A DNA stretch of 64,000 bases from Acidimicrobiales bacterium (GTDB lineage Bacteria > Actinomycetota > Acidimicrobiia > Acidimicrobiales > GCA-2861595), in NCBI GenBank assembly GCA_046596195.1, contig JBKJNA010000233.1:638-64637 (forward strand), read 5' to 3'. Within the stretch, counting starts at the first letter, position 1; each line of letters opens with the position of its first letter. Shown here one piece after another: positions 29,846-39,245 of the stretch. The notes under the pieces were generated by a model, which did no database searches, was not told where the DNA came from, and was given only the letters and a program-made list of their open reading frames with translations. The translations under genes and the position numbers were made by a program.

Positions 29846-30625
29846 GTGGACGAGCTGTTCGCAGCATTCAGGAGCGAGCCGGGAACCGCAGGCATCCTCA
29901 GCGACTTCGACGGGACCCTCGCCCCGATCGTCGACGACCCGGATGCCTCCAGACCCCTGCCCGAAGCCGTCGACCTGCTCCACCGTCTGGCCACCACCTA
30001 CCGGCGGGTCGCCGTCATCTCGGGCAGGCCCGCCTCCTTCCTGTCCACCCACCTCCGACTGGCCGAGGGCGACGGCCTGATGGCCATCGGTCTCTACGGC
30101 CTGGAGACGGCCGACGGCGACCAGGTCACCGTCGACCCCCGCGTGCTTTCGTGGCTGCCCGTCGTCGACGAGGTGGCGTGCCTGGCCGAGGAGCAGGCCA
30201 CCGCCGGTGTGTACGTGGAACGCAAGGGCCTGTCGGTCACGCTGCACTACCGCACCACGCCGTCAGCCGCCGCCTGGGTGACGAAGTGGGCGGCCGCGCA
30301 GGCCGGGCGCACCGGGCTCATCCGCCACCCGGCCCGCATGTCGGAGGAGCTGCGGCCGCCGCTGCCGGTGGACAAGGGCACCGTCGTGGCCCAGCTGGCC
30401 GAAGGGCTCCGGCGGGTCTGCTTCGTGGGCGACGACGTGGGCGACCTGCCGGCGTTCGCCGCCCTCGACGCCCTGGCGTCCTCGGGCGCCGTCACCACCG
30501 TGAAGGTCGGCGTGCGCAGCGAGGAGGCGCCGCCGGAGCTGCTGGCCGGCGCCGATCTGGTGGTGGACGGCCCGGGTGGGGTCGTCGACCTCCTCAGTCG
30601 CCTGCTCGCCCCGACGCCGGCGTAG
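29846..30625 (+). CDS. otsB: trehalose-phosphatase
   Basis: HAD motif ILSDFDGTLAPIV, plus VAVISGR and GDDVGD. GTG 29846 is in frame with tracked ORF 29699... Confidence 0.85.
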   Translation: MDELFAAFRSEPGTAGILSDFDGTLAPIVDDPDASRPLPEAVDLLHRLATTYRRVAVISGRPASFLSTHLRLAEGDGLMAIGLYGLETADGDQVTVDPRVLSWLPVVDEVACLAEEQATAGVYVERKGLSVTLHYRTTPSAAAWVTKWAAAQAGRTGLIRHPARMSEELRPPLPVDKGTVVAQLAEGLRRVCFVGDDVGDLPAFAALDALASSGAVTTVKVGVRSEEAPPELLAGADLVVDGPGGVVDLLSRLLAPTPA

Positions 30626-31991
30626 CGACCGCCAGCTGGTCGTCGAGCCAGTCCTGGGGCGTGCGCCGGGTGGCCGCCTTGCGCAGGATGGCGGCCCGGG
30701 CGGCCCGCTCCTCGGCCGGCATGGAGAGCGCCTCGGACAGGGCGGCCGCCGTGCCCGAGATGTCGAAGGGGTTCAGGCCCAGGGCCCCGTGGGCCAGCAC
30801 GTCCCAGGCGCCCGCCTCCCTGCTCAGGGCCAGGACACCGTCGCGCTCGTTCAGCACGGGGCCTTCGAGGGCGACCAGGTTCATGCCGTCGCGCACCGGG
30901 TTCACCAGGAGCACGTCGTAGCGGCGCAGCGCCGCCACCGAGCGGGGGAACGAGTCGCTCATGTCGAGCAGCACCGGGGTCCATGACGGTGTCGACCAGG
31001 TGGTGTTGAGCCGTTCGACGAACGCCTCGACCTCGGCCCGGTAGGCCAGGTACTCGGGCAGGCCGTCCCTCGACGGGTACACCGAGGCGGCGAACACGAC
31101 CCGCTCGCGCCAGTGTGGCTCCTCCTCGAGCAGGGCCTCGAAGGCGAGGAAGCCCCGCAGCAGGTTCTTGGAGAGCTCGATGCGGTCGACCCGCACGATG
31201 AGGTGGCGGTCGCCCACCCGCTCCTCGAGGCGCTGCAACTCGGCGGTCGACTCGGGCGACGCCGCCACCACGGCCAGCTCGGTGGCGTCGATGGCGGCGG
31301 GCGACACGAACGTCGCCGGCGTGCGGCCGAGCACGGCCCGGGCGCACCCCTCGAAGGCGTGCGACCAACGCTCGGAGTGGAACCCGCTGGCGCCGTGGCC
31401 GGCCATGGCCGCAAGGAGCTCGGTTGCGACTGCGTCGGGCAGCACCCGTAAGGTCGACGGCTCGCAGAACGGCGTGTGGTGGAAGTACCCGGTGCGCAGG
31501 TCGGGCCGCAGTCTTGCCACCGCCGCGCCCACCAGGGGCAGCTGGTAGTCGTGCACGAGCACGGTGCCGCCCTCGGGCGCTTCGGCGGCGACGGCGGCCG
31601 CGAACGCGTGGTTCACGTCACGGAAGGTGGCCCATGCCTCGTGCCAGCGCCTGTCGATGCGGGGGCGCCGGGGCAGGTCGTAGAGGTCGTGGTTGAGGAA
31701 CCAGAGGGTGGCGTTGGCGATGACGTCGTAGAACTGGCGGTAGGCGGCCGGGTCGATGGCCAGCGAGCACAGGCGGAAGCCCTCGGCCTCCACCGGCCCC
31801 TTGGCCGCTGCCAGCCGGTCGGCTTCTGTGATGGCGGCAGCGACCCACGTGGCGCCCGTGCCGGCGACCGCCGGACCGAGGCTGGACACCAGGCCGCCGG
31901 CCCCCCGCCGGGTCACCAACTCGCCGTCCGCACCGGTGCTGAAGGACAGCGGACCACGGTTCGAAACGACGACCAGGTCGGGGTGCCCCAT
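30594..31991 (-). CDS. otsA: alpha,alpha-trehalose-phosphate synthase (GT20)
   Basis: MGHPDLVVVSNRGPLSF..., HDYQL, HTPF and NPVRDGMNLVA motifs. The upstream 148 codons of the tracked ORF are Arg/Pro junk. Confidence 0.92.
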   Translation of the reverse strand: MGHPDLVVVSNRGPLSFSTGADGELVTRRGAGGLVSSLGPAVAGTGATWVAAAITEADRLAAAKGPVEAEGFRLCSLAIDPAAYRQFYDVIANATLWFLNHDLYDLPRRPRIDRRWHEAWATFRDVNHAFAAAVAAEAPEGGTVLVHDYQLPLVGAAVARLRPDLRTGYFHHTPFCEPSTLRVLPDAVATELLAAMAGHGASGFHSERWSHAFEGCARAVLGRTPATFVSPAAIDATELAVVAASPESTAELQRLEERVGDRHLIVRVDRIELSKNLLRGFLAFEALLEEEPHWRERVVFAASVYPSRDGLPEYLAYRAEVEAFVERLNTTWSTPSWTPVLLDMSDSFPRSVAALRRYDVLLVNPVRDGMNLVALEGPVLNERDGVLALSREAGAWDVLAHGALGLNPFDISGTAAALSEALSMPAEERAARAAILRKAATRRTPQDWLDDQLAVATPASGRAGD

Positions 31992-32011
31992 GCCGGTGCA
32001 ACGATACCCGT

Positions 32012-33028
32012 GTGCATCGTGTGGTCGCCGCCCCTGACAAGTTCCGTGGCACGGCGTCGGCGCGCCAGGTCGCAGCGGCCATAGCGGCAGCCGCCGCAGG
32101 CGCCGGCTGGGCGTGCGACGAGGCGCCCGTCGCGGACGGCGGCGAAGGCACCCTCGACGCCATCGGCGGAAGCGTGCGTACCTCCCGCGTGCGCGGCCCG
32201 CTGGGCGAGGCGGTGGAGGCGGAGTGGCGACTGCTGTCGTCCCCGCCGGAGACGATGGTCGGCAGCGGGCCCATGGCACTGGTCGAGATGGCCAGAGCAG
32301 CGGGGCTCGACCTGGCGGGCGGGCCCGAGTGGAACGACCCCATGCGGGCGTCCACCGAAGGCGTCGGCGACCTGATCCTGGCCGCCGTGGCGGCCAAGGC
32401 CCGGCGGGTGGTGGTGGCCGTCGGCGGCTCGGCATCCACCGACGGCGGGCTCGGCTGCCTCAACGCACTCCGGCCACGGGGCCGGCTGGCGGGCGTCGAC
32501 CTGGTGGTGGCGTGCGACGTCACCACGACCTTCGTCGACGCGGCCGCCGAGTTCGCTCCGCAGAAGGGTGCCACGCCGGCGCAGGTCGCCCTGCTCGGCC
32601 GCCGGCTGGAACGGCTGGCCCAGGTGTACCTCGACGAGTACGGCGTCGACGTGCGGTCCATCCCCGGCGCGGGCGCGGCCGGGGGCCTGGCCGGCGGGCT
32701 GGCCGCTGTGGGCGCCACCCTCCTTCCCGGGTTCGACTTCGTGGCCGACACCATCGAGCTGGCCGAACGCATCGAGGGCGCCGACCTGGTGGTGACCGGC
32801 GAGGGCTTCCTCGACGAGCACTCCTTCGACGGCAAGGCGGTCGGCGGCGTGGTCGAGCTGGCCGAGGAGGCAGGCGTGGCGGTCCTCGTTGTTGTGGGGG
32901 AGGCGTTCGATGCCGGCCCCGTGCCCGCCGTCTCGCTGGTGGAGCGCTTCGGCCGCACGCGCGCCTTCGAGGACACCCTCGCCTGCATCGAAGAGGCCGT
33001 GTCGGCGCACCTGCGGGCGTTAGCCTGA
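32012..33028 (+). CDS. glxK: glycerate kinase
   Basis: APDKFRGT, ADGGEGTLDA, GGSASTDGG, PQKGA, PGAGAAGG and DLVVTGEG motifs. Confidence 0.88.
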   Translation: MHRVVAAPDKFRGTASARQVAAAIAAAAAGAGWACDEAPVADGGEGTLDAIGGSVRTSRVRGPLGEAVEAEWRLLSSPPETMVGSGPMALVEMARAAGLDLAGGPEWNDPMRASTEGVGDLILAAVAAKARRVVVAVGGSASTDGGLGCLNALRPRGRLAGVDLVVACDVTTTFVDAAAEFAPQKGATPAQVALLGRRLERLAQVYLDEYGVDVRSIPGAGAAGGLAGGLAAVGATLLPGFDFVADTIELAERIEGADLVVTGEGFLDEHSFDGKAVGGVVELAEEAGVAVLVVVGEAFDAGPVPAVSLVERFGRTRAFEDTLACIEEAVSAHLRALA

Positions 33029-33032
33029 GGCG

Positions 33033-34277
33033 GTGACCGGCCCAGGAGGACGGACCAGAGTGGACTCACCGGTGACCGAGGGGGTCCGACGGGCGGGCCA
33101 GGTGTCGTGGGCGGCGGTGGGCGTGGCCACGCTGCTGGCCGTCGCCGGGATCGTGCTGTGGACCGTGCGGGTGATTTTCCCGCCCCTGATCCTGGCCGGT
33201 GCCATCGTCTTCCTCCTCAACCCGGTGGTGACGGGCCTCCAGCGCCGGGGCGTGCCGCGGGCTGCCGGCGCCGGCATCGCCTACCTCGGCGTCATCGGGC
33301 TCGTGGTGCTCGCCGGCGCTCTGATCTACCCCATCGCCGCCGACCAGGCGCGCGATCTGGGCGACGACTGGCCCGAGATCAAGATGAAGGCCGAGAACTG
33401 GCTCGACGATGCGGCCGACACGTCGCAGGGCACCTTCATCGAGTTCACCCGCGCCGACCTCGAGGACGCCTTCGGCAACGACAACACGACCTTCCGCCAG
33501 CAGCTCGACCAGGCGCGCGACCTCGGACTGAAGATCTTCCACGTCCTGCTGATCCTCCTGCTGGCGCCGATCATCGCCTTCTACCTGCTGGTGGACGCGC
33601 CCCGTGTCCGGGAGGTCATGCGGTCCCTCGTACCGCCGGGGGCGCAGTCCGAGGTCGACCACGTGGCGCACCGGCTCAACCGCGCCATAGGCGGGTTCTT
33701 CCGCGGGCAGCTTCTGGTGGCCACCATCGTCGGCGTCATGTGCTCCATCGGCCTGCTCGTCATCGGCCTGCGCTTCTGGTTCCTCGTCGGGATGATCGCC
33801 GGGCTCTTCAACATTGTCCCCCTCATCGGCCCGTGGGTCGGCGGCGTGCCCGGCATCATCATCGCCCTCACCACCGGCACACCGCTCCAGGCCGTCGGCG
33901 TGATCGTGGTGATGGTGACGGCCCAGCAGATCGACAACCACTTCATCACGCCCCAGGTGATGCAGCGGGTGGTCCAACTCCACCCGGCCGCGGTGATCCT
34001 CGCCCTCCTCGCCGGCGGCTCACTGGGAGGCTTCTTCGGCCTCCTCCTCGCCGTGCCCCTCACCGCCGTGCTGAAGATCATCTGCGGCCACGTCTGGCGG
34101 ACCCACATCCTCGACGAACCCTTCGAGCAAGCCGTTGCGGACGAGGAAGGCCCCGGGGCAATCTCCTACGCCGTGCGCAAGCCGCCGGATGAGGACGAGG
34201 CAAGCGAAGCCAACTCCGCCACACAAGGACCGGCACCAGCCCGTGCCAGCACGGTCCGCAGGACAGACTCAGCCTGA
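33033..34277 (+). CDS. AI-2E family transporter (PerM-like)
   Basis: A multi-TM protein with the FNIVPLIGPWVGGVPGIIIAL core. The exact start is uncertain. The 3' end overlaps the gpgS 3' end, convergently. Confidence 0.85.
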   Translation: MTGPGGRTRVDSPVTEGVRRAGQVSWAAVGVATLLAVAGIVLWTVRVIFPPLILAGAIVFLLNPVVTGLQRRGVPRAAGAGIAYLGVIGLVVLAGALIYPIAADQARDLGDDWPEIKMKAENWLDDAADTSQGTFIEFTRADLEDAFGNDNTTFRQQLDQARDLGLKIFHVLLILLLAPIIAFYLLVDAPRVREVMRSLVPPGAQSEVDHVAHRLNRAIGGFFRGQLLVATIVGVMCSIGLLVIGLRFWFLVGMIAGLFNIVPLIGPWVGGVPGIIIALTTGTPLQAVGVIVVMVTAQQIDNHFITPQVMQRVVQLHPAAVILALLAGGSLGGFFGLLLAVPLTAVLKIICGHVWRTHILDEPFEQAVADEEGPGAISYAVRKPPDEDEASEANSATQGPAPARASTVRRTDSA

Positions 34278-35011
34278 GGACCGAGCTCGGCCAAGGGGCG
34301 GTTCCGGTGCACCCGGCGCCCCAGGTCCACCTGCACCATCGAACCCAGCCCGTACCGCCCGGCCACGTCCGCCAGCAGCGCGATGTCGACCCCGTAGCCC
34401 CGCACGAACGGCACCTGTTCGAGCACGTCCCGCCGGCCGGCGCACTCACCTGCCAGCGGCTGGGTGAAGCCGGCCAGCGCCGGCAGCAGCACGCGGAGGG
34501 CCGGCTTGGCCATCAGCTCCGTGACCCGCCCGCCCTCGCCGTCGCGGCCGTCGTAGGGCCGGGCGTAGAAGGCCTTCACGAAGGTGACGGTGGCGTCGGC
34601 CAGCAAAGGCCCGACCAGCCCCACCACGAAAGCGGTGGCGAACGAGCGCACGTCGGCGTCGCAGTACACGACGAGGTCCCCGTCCGACGCGGCGAGGCCG
34701 GCCTGCATGGCCTCGCCCTTACCGCCCCCTCCGCCCGGCACCACGCGGGCGCCGGCTGCCCGTGCCGCCGCCGCCGTGGCGTCCGTGGAGCCGTCGTCGA
34801 CAACCACGATCTCGTCCACCAGCCGGTGTTGCACGCACAGGCGTCGGTGCACGGCGGCCACGATGGGGCCGACCGTCGCCTCCTCGTCCCTCGCCGGGAG
34901 GCACACCGAAACCCGCCGGCCGCCCTTCACCGCCACCAGGGCGGCGGCGTCGAACGACGACCCGGGCACCGTCGCCGGGCCCCGGCCGGGGAGGGGAGGG
35001 ACGGTCGCCAC
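34166..35011 (-). CDS. gpgS: glucosyl-3-phosphoglycerate synthase (GT81/GT2-like)
   Basis: VSVCLPARDEEATVG, VVDDGSTD, GKGEAM, DADV, and GGRVTEL...VHRNRPL match mycobacterial GpgS as I remember it. GTG 35011 was chosen because the tracked start (35206) would overlap the riboswitch and the thrC-like start. Confidence 0.82.
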   Translation of the reverse strand: MATVPPLPGRGPATVPGSSFDAAALVAVKGGRRVSVCLPARDEEATVGPIVAAVHRRLCVQHRLVDEIVVVDDGSTDATAAAARAAGARVVPGGGGGKGEAMQAGLAASDGDLVVYCDADVRSFATAFVVGLVGPLLADATVTFVKAFYARPYDGRDGEGGRVTELMAKPALRVLLPALAGFTQPLAGECAGRRDVLEQVPFVRGYGVDIALLADVAGRYGLGSMVQVDLGRRVHRNRPLAELGPQAESVLRTVLARAGAGPCVAELASLASSSSGGLRTA

Positions 35012-35087
35012 GCCCTCATCTTCATCGATCCGCCGCAGCCGTCGGTCAATGGTTTGCCAAGGTGACGGCCGGCGGTCGACAATGGAG

Positions 35088-35182
35088 CCGTCATCCAGAG
35101 CGGTCGAGGGACCGGGCCCAGCGACACCGCGGCAACCAGCGGGCTTCAGCCCATCAGGTGCCAATGCCCGGAACGATGAGGA
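35088..35182 (+). promoter_or_regulatory. SAM riboswitch (SAM-I clan; P4 very short, possibly SAM-I/IV-like)
   Basis: UCAUCCAGAGCGGUCGAGGGACCGGGCCCAGCGACACCGCGGCAACC...GGUGCCAAUGCC..GAUGA. P1 is UCAUC/GAUGA and P2 is GCGGU/ACCGC. The 3' P1 strand abuts SD GAGGAGG, which lies 8 nt upstream of GTG 35194. Confidence 0.75.
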
Positions 35183-35193
35183 GGAATCACGTC

Positions 35194-36450
35194 GTGCCGT
35201 CCCCACCTGGCCCCTACGTCACGGGCCTCACCTGCCGCGAGTGCGGCCGTCCGTACCCGGCCGAGGCCCTCCACGTGTGCGAGTACTGCTTCGGCCCGCT
35301 CGAGGTGGCCTACGACTACGAGGCCATCGCGTCGGTCACGAGCCGGGAGCGCATCGCCGCCGGTCCCACCAGCATGTGGCGCTACGCCGACCTACTGCCG
35401 GCCGAGTCCACCGATCCGGTGAGCCTGGGTGCCGGCTTCACGCCGCTCGTGCGGGCCGACCGCCTGGCCGCCGAGCTCGGTCTCGGTGAGCTGTGGGTGA
35501 AGAACGACACCCTCAACCCGACCGGGTCGTTCAAGGACCGGGTGGTGTCGGTCGCCCTCACCAAGGCGCGTGAGCTGGGCTTCAAGGTGGCAGCATGCGC
35601 CTCCACCGGCAACCTGGCCAACTCGGTCGCCGCCCATGCCGCCCACGCCGGCATGCAGTCGATCGTCTTCATCCCATCGGACCTGGAGGAGGCCAAGATC
35701 GTCACCACCGCCGTCTACGGCGGCCGGCTGGTGGCGGTCGAGGGCAACTACGACGACGTGAACCGCCTGTGCGCCGAGCTGGCCGGCGAGCACCCCACGT
35801 GGGCGTTCGTCAACGTCAACATCCGCACCTACTACGCCGAGGGCTCCAAGACGCTGGCATTCGAGGTGGCCGAGCAACTGGGGTGGCAGGCCCCCGACCA
35901 CGTGGTGGTGCCCATCGCCTCGGGCAGCCAGCTGGTCAAGGTCCACAAGGGCTTCAACGAGCTGCACAAGGTCGGGTTGCTCGACGAGGAGCCGCACGTA
36001 CGGGTGTCGGGCGCCCAGGCGGCCGGGTGCTCGCCGGTGGCCACCGCCTTCTTGGAGAAGAGCGACCTCATCCGGCCCCAGAAGCCGAAGACCATCGCCA
36101 AGTCGCTGGCCATCGGCAACCCGGCCGACGGCTGGTACGCCCTCGACGTCATCCGCTCCACCGGCGGCGGGGTGGGCTCGGTGACCGATGACGAGATCGT
36201 GGAGGGCATCCGCCTGCTGGCCCGCACCGAGGGGATCTTCGCCGAGACGGCCGGCGGTGTCACTATCGCCACGCTGGCCAAGCTGGCCGCCTCGGGCGTG
36301 GTGCGGCCCGACGAGCGGGTGGTGGCCTACGTCACCGGCCTCGGCCTCAAGACGATCGACGCCGTCAGCCCCCACGTCGGGCCGACCGTTACGATTCCGC
36401 CCAGCATGGAGGCGTTCGCGGCCTTCATGGAGACGGAGAACGGTCGATGA
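35194..36450 (+). CDS. threonine synthase-family PLP enzyme with N-terminal 4-Cys ribbon (candidate O-phosphohomoserine sulfhydrylase rather than ThrC)
   Basis: 418 aa with CRECG...CEYC, the PLP lysine motif NPTGSFKDR, and ASTGN. It lies downstream of a SAM riboswitch and is coupled (ATGA) to a CysO-like gene. Confidence 0.85.
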   Translation: MPSPPGPYVTGLTCRECGRPYPAEALHVCEYCFGPLEVAYDYEAIASVTSRERIAAGPTSMWRYADLLPAESTDPVSLGAGFTPLVRADRLAAELGLGELWVKNDTLNPTGSFKDRVVSVALTKARELGFKVAACASTGNLANSVAAHAAHAGMQSIVFIPSDLEEAKIVTTAVYGGRLVAVEGNYDDVNRLCAELAGEHPTWAFVNVNIRTYYAEGSKTLAFEVAEQLGWQAPDHVVVPIASGSQLVKVHKGFNELHKVGLLDEEPHVRVSGAQAAGCSPVATAFLEKSDLIRPQKPKTIAKSLAIGNPADGWYALDVIRSTGGGVGSVTDDEIVEGIRLLARTEGIFAETAGGVTIATLAKLAASGVVRPDERVVAYVTGLGLKTIDAVSPHVGPTVTIPPSMEAFAAFMETENGR

Positions 36451-36725
36451 GTGTGAACGTACGGATCCCCACCCAGTTGCGCACCCTCACCGGCGGCGCC
36501 GGCGACGTGAGCCTCGACGGGGCCACGGTGGGCGAGCTGCTCACCGCCCTCGACGTCGCCCACCCGGGCTTCGGCGAGCGGCTCTTCGACGACGACCGCA
36601 AGCTGCGCCGCTTCGTGAACGTGTTCGTGGCCGACGAGGACGTGCGCTTCCTCCAGGGCCTCGACACGCCTGTGTCGGCGGGGCAGACGGTGTCGATCGT
36701 GCCGGCGGTGGCGGGCGGCATCTGA
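36447..36725 (+). CDS. MoaD/ThiS-family sulfur carrier protein (CysO-like)
   Basis: 92 aa. MSVNVRIPTQLRTLTGG...RRFVNVFVADEDVRF...VSIVPAVAGGI parallels M. tuberculosis CysO as I remember it. GG is followed by one extra residue. Confidence 0.88.
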   Translation: MSVNVRIPTQLRTLTGGAGDVSLDGATVGELLTALDVAHPGFGERLFDDDRKLRRFVNVFVADEDVRFLQGLDTPVSAGQTVSIVPAVAGGI

Positions 36726-36776
36726 TACCTGCCCCCGTTCCCTCAACCGGAGGCGCCACCGTGCCGATAGCGGAGC

Positions 36777-37247
36777 ATGGCCGAGGTGCTGATCGTCGAC
36801 GACGACGATGACATCCGGGCGATCCTGGCGTTCACGCTGGAGGACGCCGGGTTCGAGGTGCGGGAAGCGGCCGACGGCAACCAGGCGGTGGCCGCCCTGG
36901 AGGCGAAGGCCCCGGACTGCCTCGTCCTCGACGTGATGATGCCGGCCTTCGACGGGTTCGGGGTGCTGCGCACCCGGCGCCAGTCGAACCTGGCGCCCGA
37001 CGCGCGGGTCATCCTCCTCACCGCCCGGACGGCCGAGCGCGACTTCGTCCGTGGCTGGGAGCTCGGGGCCGACGAGTACCTCACCAAACCCTTCGACCCC
37101 GACGAGCTGGTGGTGACCGTGCTCAGGCTCCTCAAGAGTTCCGCCGCCCAGCTCCACGAGCGCCGGGAGTCGGAGCTGAAGAAGGCCGAGCTGCTCGACC
37201 GGCTCGAATCCGCCTTCAACCGGCCGAGGGCCACCCCGCTGTCCTAG
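36777..37247 (+). CDS. single-domain response regulator (receiver + short coiled tail)
   Basis: VLIVDDDDDIR, LVLDVMMPAFDG, LLTAR and DEYLTKPF motifs. No output domain and no adjacent kinase. Confidence 0.85.
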   Translation: MAEVLIVDDDDDIRAILAFTLEDAGFEVREAADGNQAVAALEAKAPDCLVLDVMMPAFDGFGVLRTRRQSNLAPDARVILLTARTAERDFVRGWELGADEYLTKPFDPDELVVTVLRLLKSSAAQLHERRESELKKAELLDRLESAFNRPRATPLS

Positions 37248-37255
37248 GGGCAGTT

Positions 37256-37282
37256 CTGGCACTCGCTTGCGTTGAGTGCCAA
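37256..37282. promoter_or_regulatory. CIRCE-like inverted repeat (degenerate HrcA operator)
   Basis: CTGGCACTC-N9-GAGTGCCAA. Confidence 0.6.
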
Positions 37283-37294
37283 CGGGTCGTAGCA

Positions 37295-37321
37295 TTAGCA
37301 CTCAGATACCGAGAGTGCTAA
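37295..37321. promoter_or_regulatory. CIRCE element (HrcA operator)
   Basis: TTAGCACTC-agataccga-GAGTGCTAA is a perfect match to consensus TTAGCACTC-N9-GAGTGCTAA. It lies 75 nt upstream of groEL. Confidence 0.92.
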
Positions 37322-39030
<1,709 letters not shown>

Positions 39031-39055
39031 AGGCAGGCTTCCTCGTCACGCGTGA

Positions 39056-39085
39056 AACGACCCCGGTCCAGCGACCGGGGTCGTT
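39056..39085 (+). terminator. stem-loop downstream of groEL
   Basis: AACGACCCCGGTC-cagc-GACCGGGGTCGTT (13-bp perfect stem). Confidence 0.75.
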
Positions 39086-39113
39086 GCGCGGTACGCCGCC
39101 GGGTGGCGCCAAC

Positions 39114-39226
39114 ACTTCCGGCGTCAGCCCCCGGAATCCGGGGTCCCACGCCGCATGAATCGACAGCGGAGAGGACTTCCGGCGTCAGCCCCCGGAATCC
39201 GGGGTCCCACGCCGGATGAAGTCGAC
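39114..39226. repeat. two copies (61-bp period) of a 52-bp hairpin-containing element
   Basis: ACTTCCGGCGTCAGCCCCCGGAATCCGGGGTCCCACGCCG is identical at 39114 and 39175, followed by (c/g)ATGAA(-/g)TCGAC. The internal hairpin is CCCCGGA-a-TCCGGGG, closed by GCGT/ACGC. Confidence 0.9.
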
Positions 39227-39245
39227 CGGCCGGTCACGCGACTCG

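Noticed and set aside
34762-35193. Long N-terminal extensions of tracked ORFs: 34762.. for thrC-like, 1625.. , 7336.. , 19559.. , 22720.. , 25886.. , 29699.. , 54477.. , 55459.. , 58103.. , and 32435 down to 31992 on the minus strand.
   Set aside because: The extensions are Arg/Pro/Gly-rich and overlap upstream genes or the riboswitch. Each is followed by an internal start that matches the conserved N-terminus of the family, often with an SD or a stop/start overlap.
39114-39226. Possible CRISPR array
   Set aside because: There are only two copies of a 52-bp unit separated by about 10 nt, with no spacer-sized unique segments. No cas genes are in the window. It is reported as a repeat instead.
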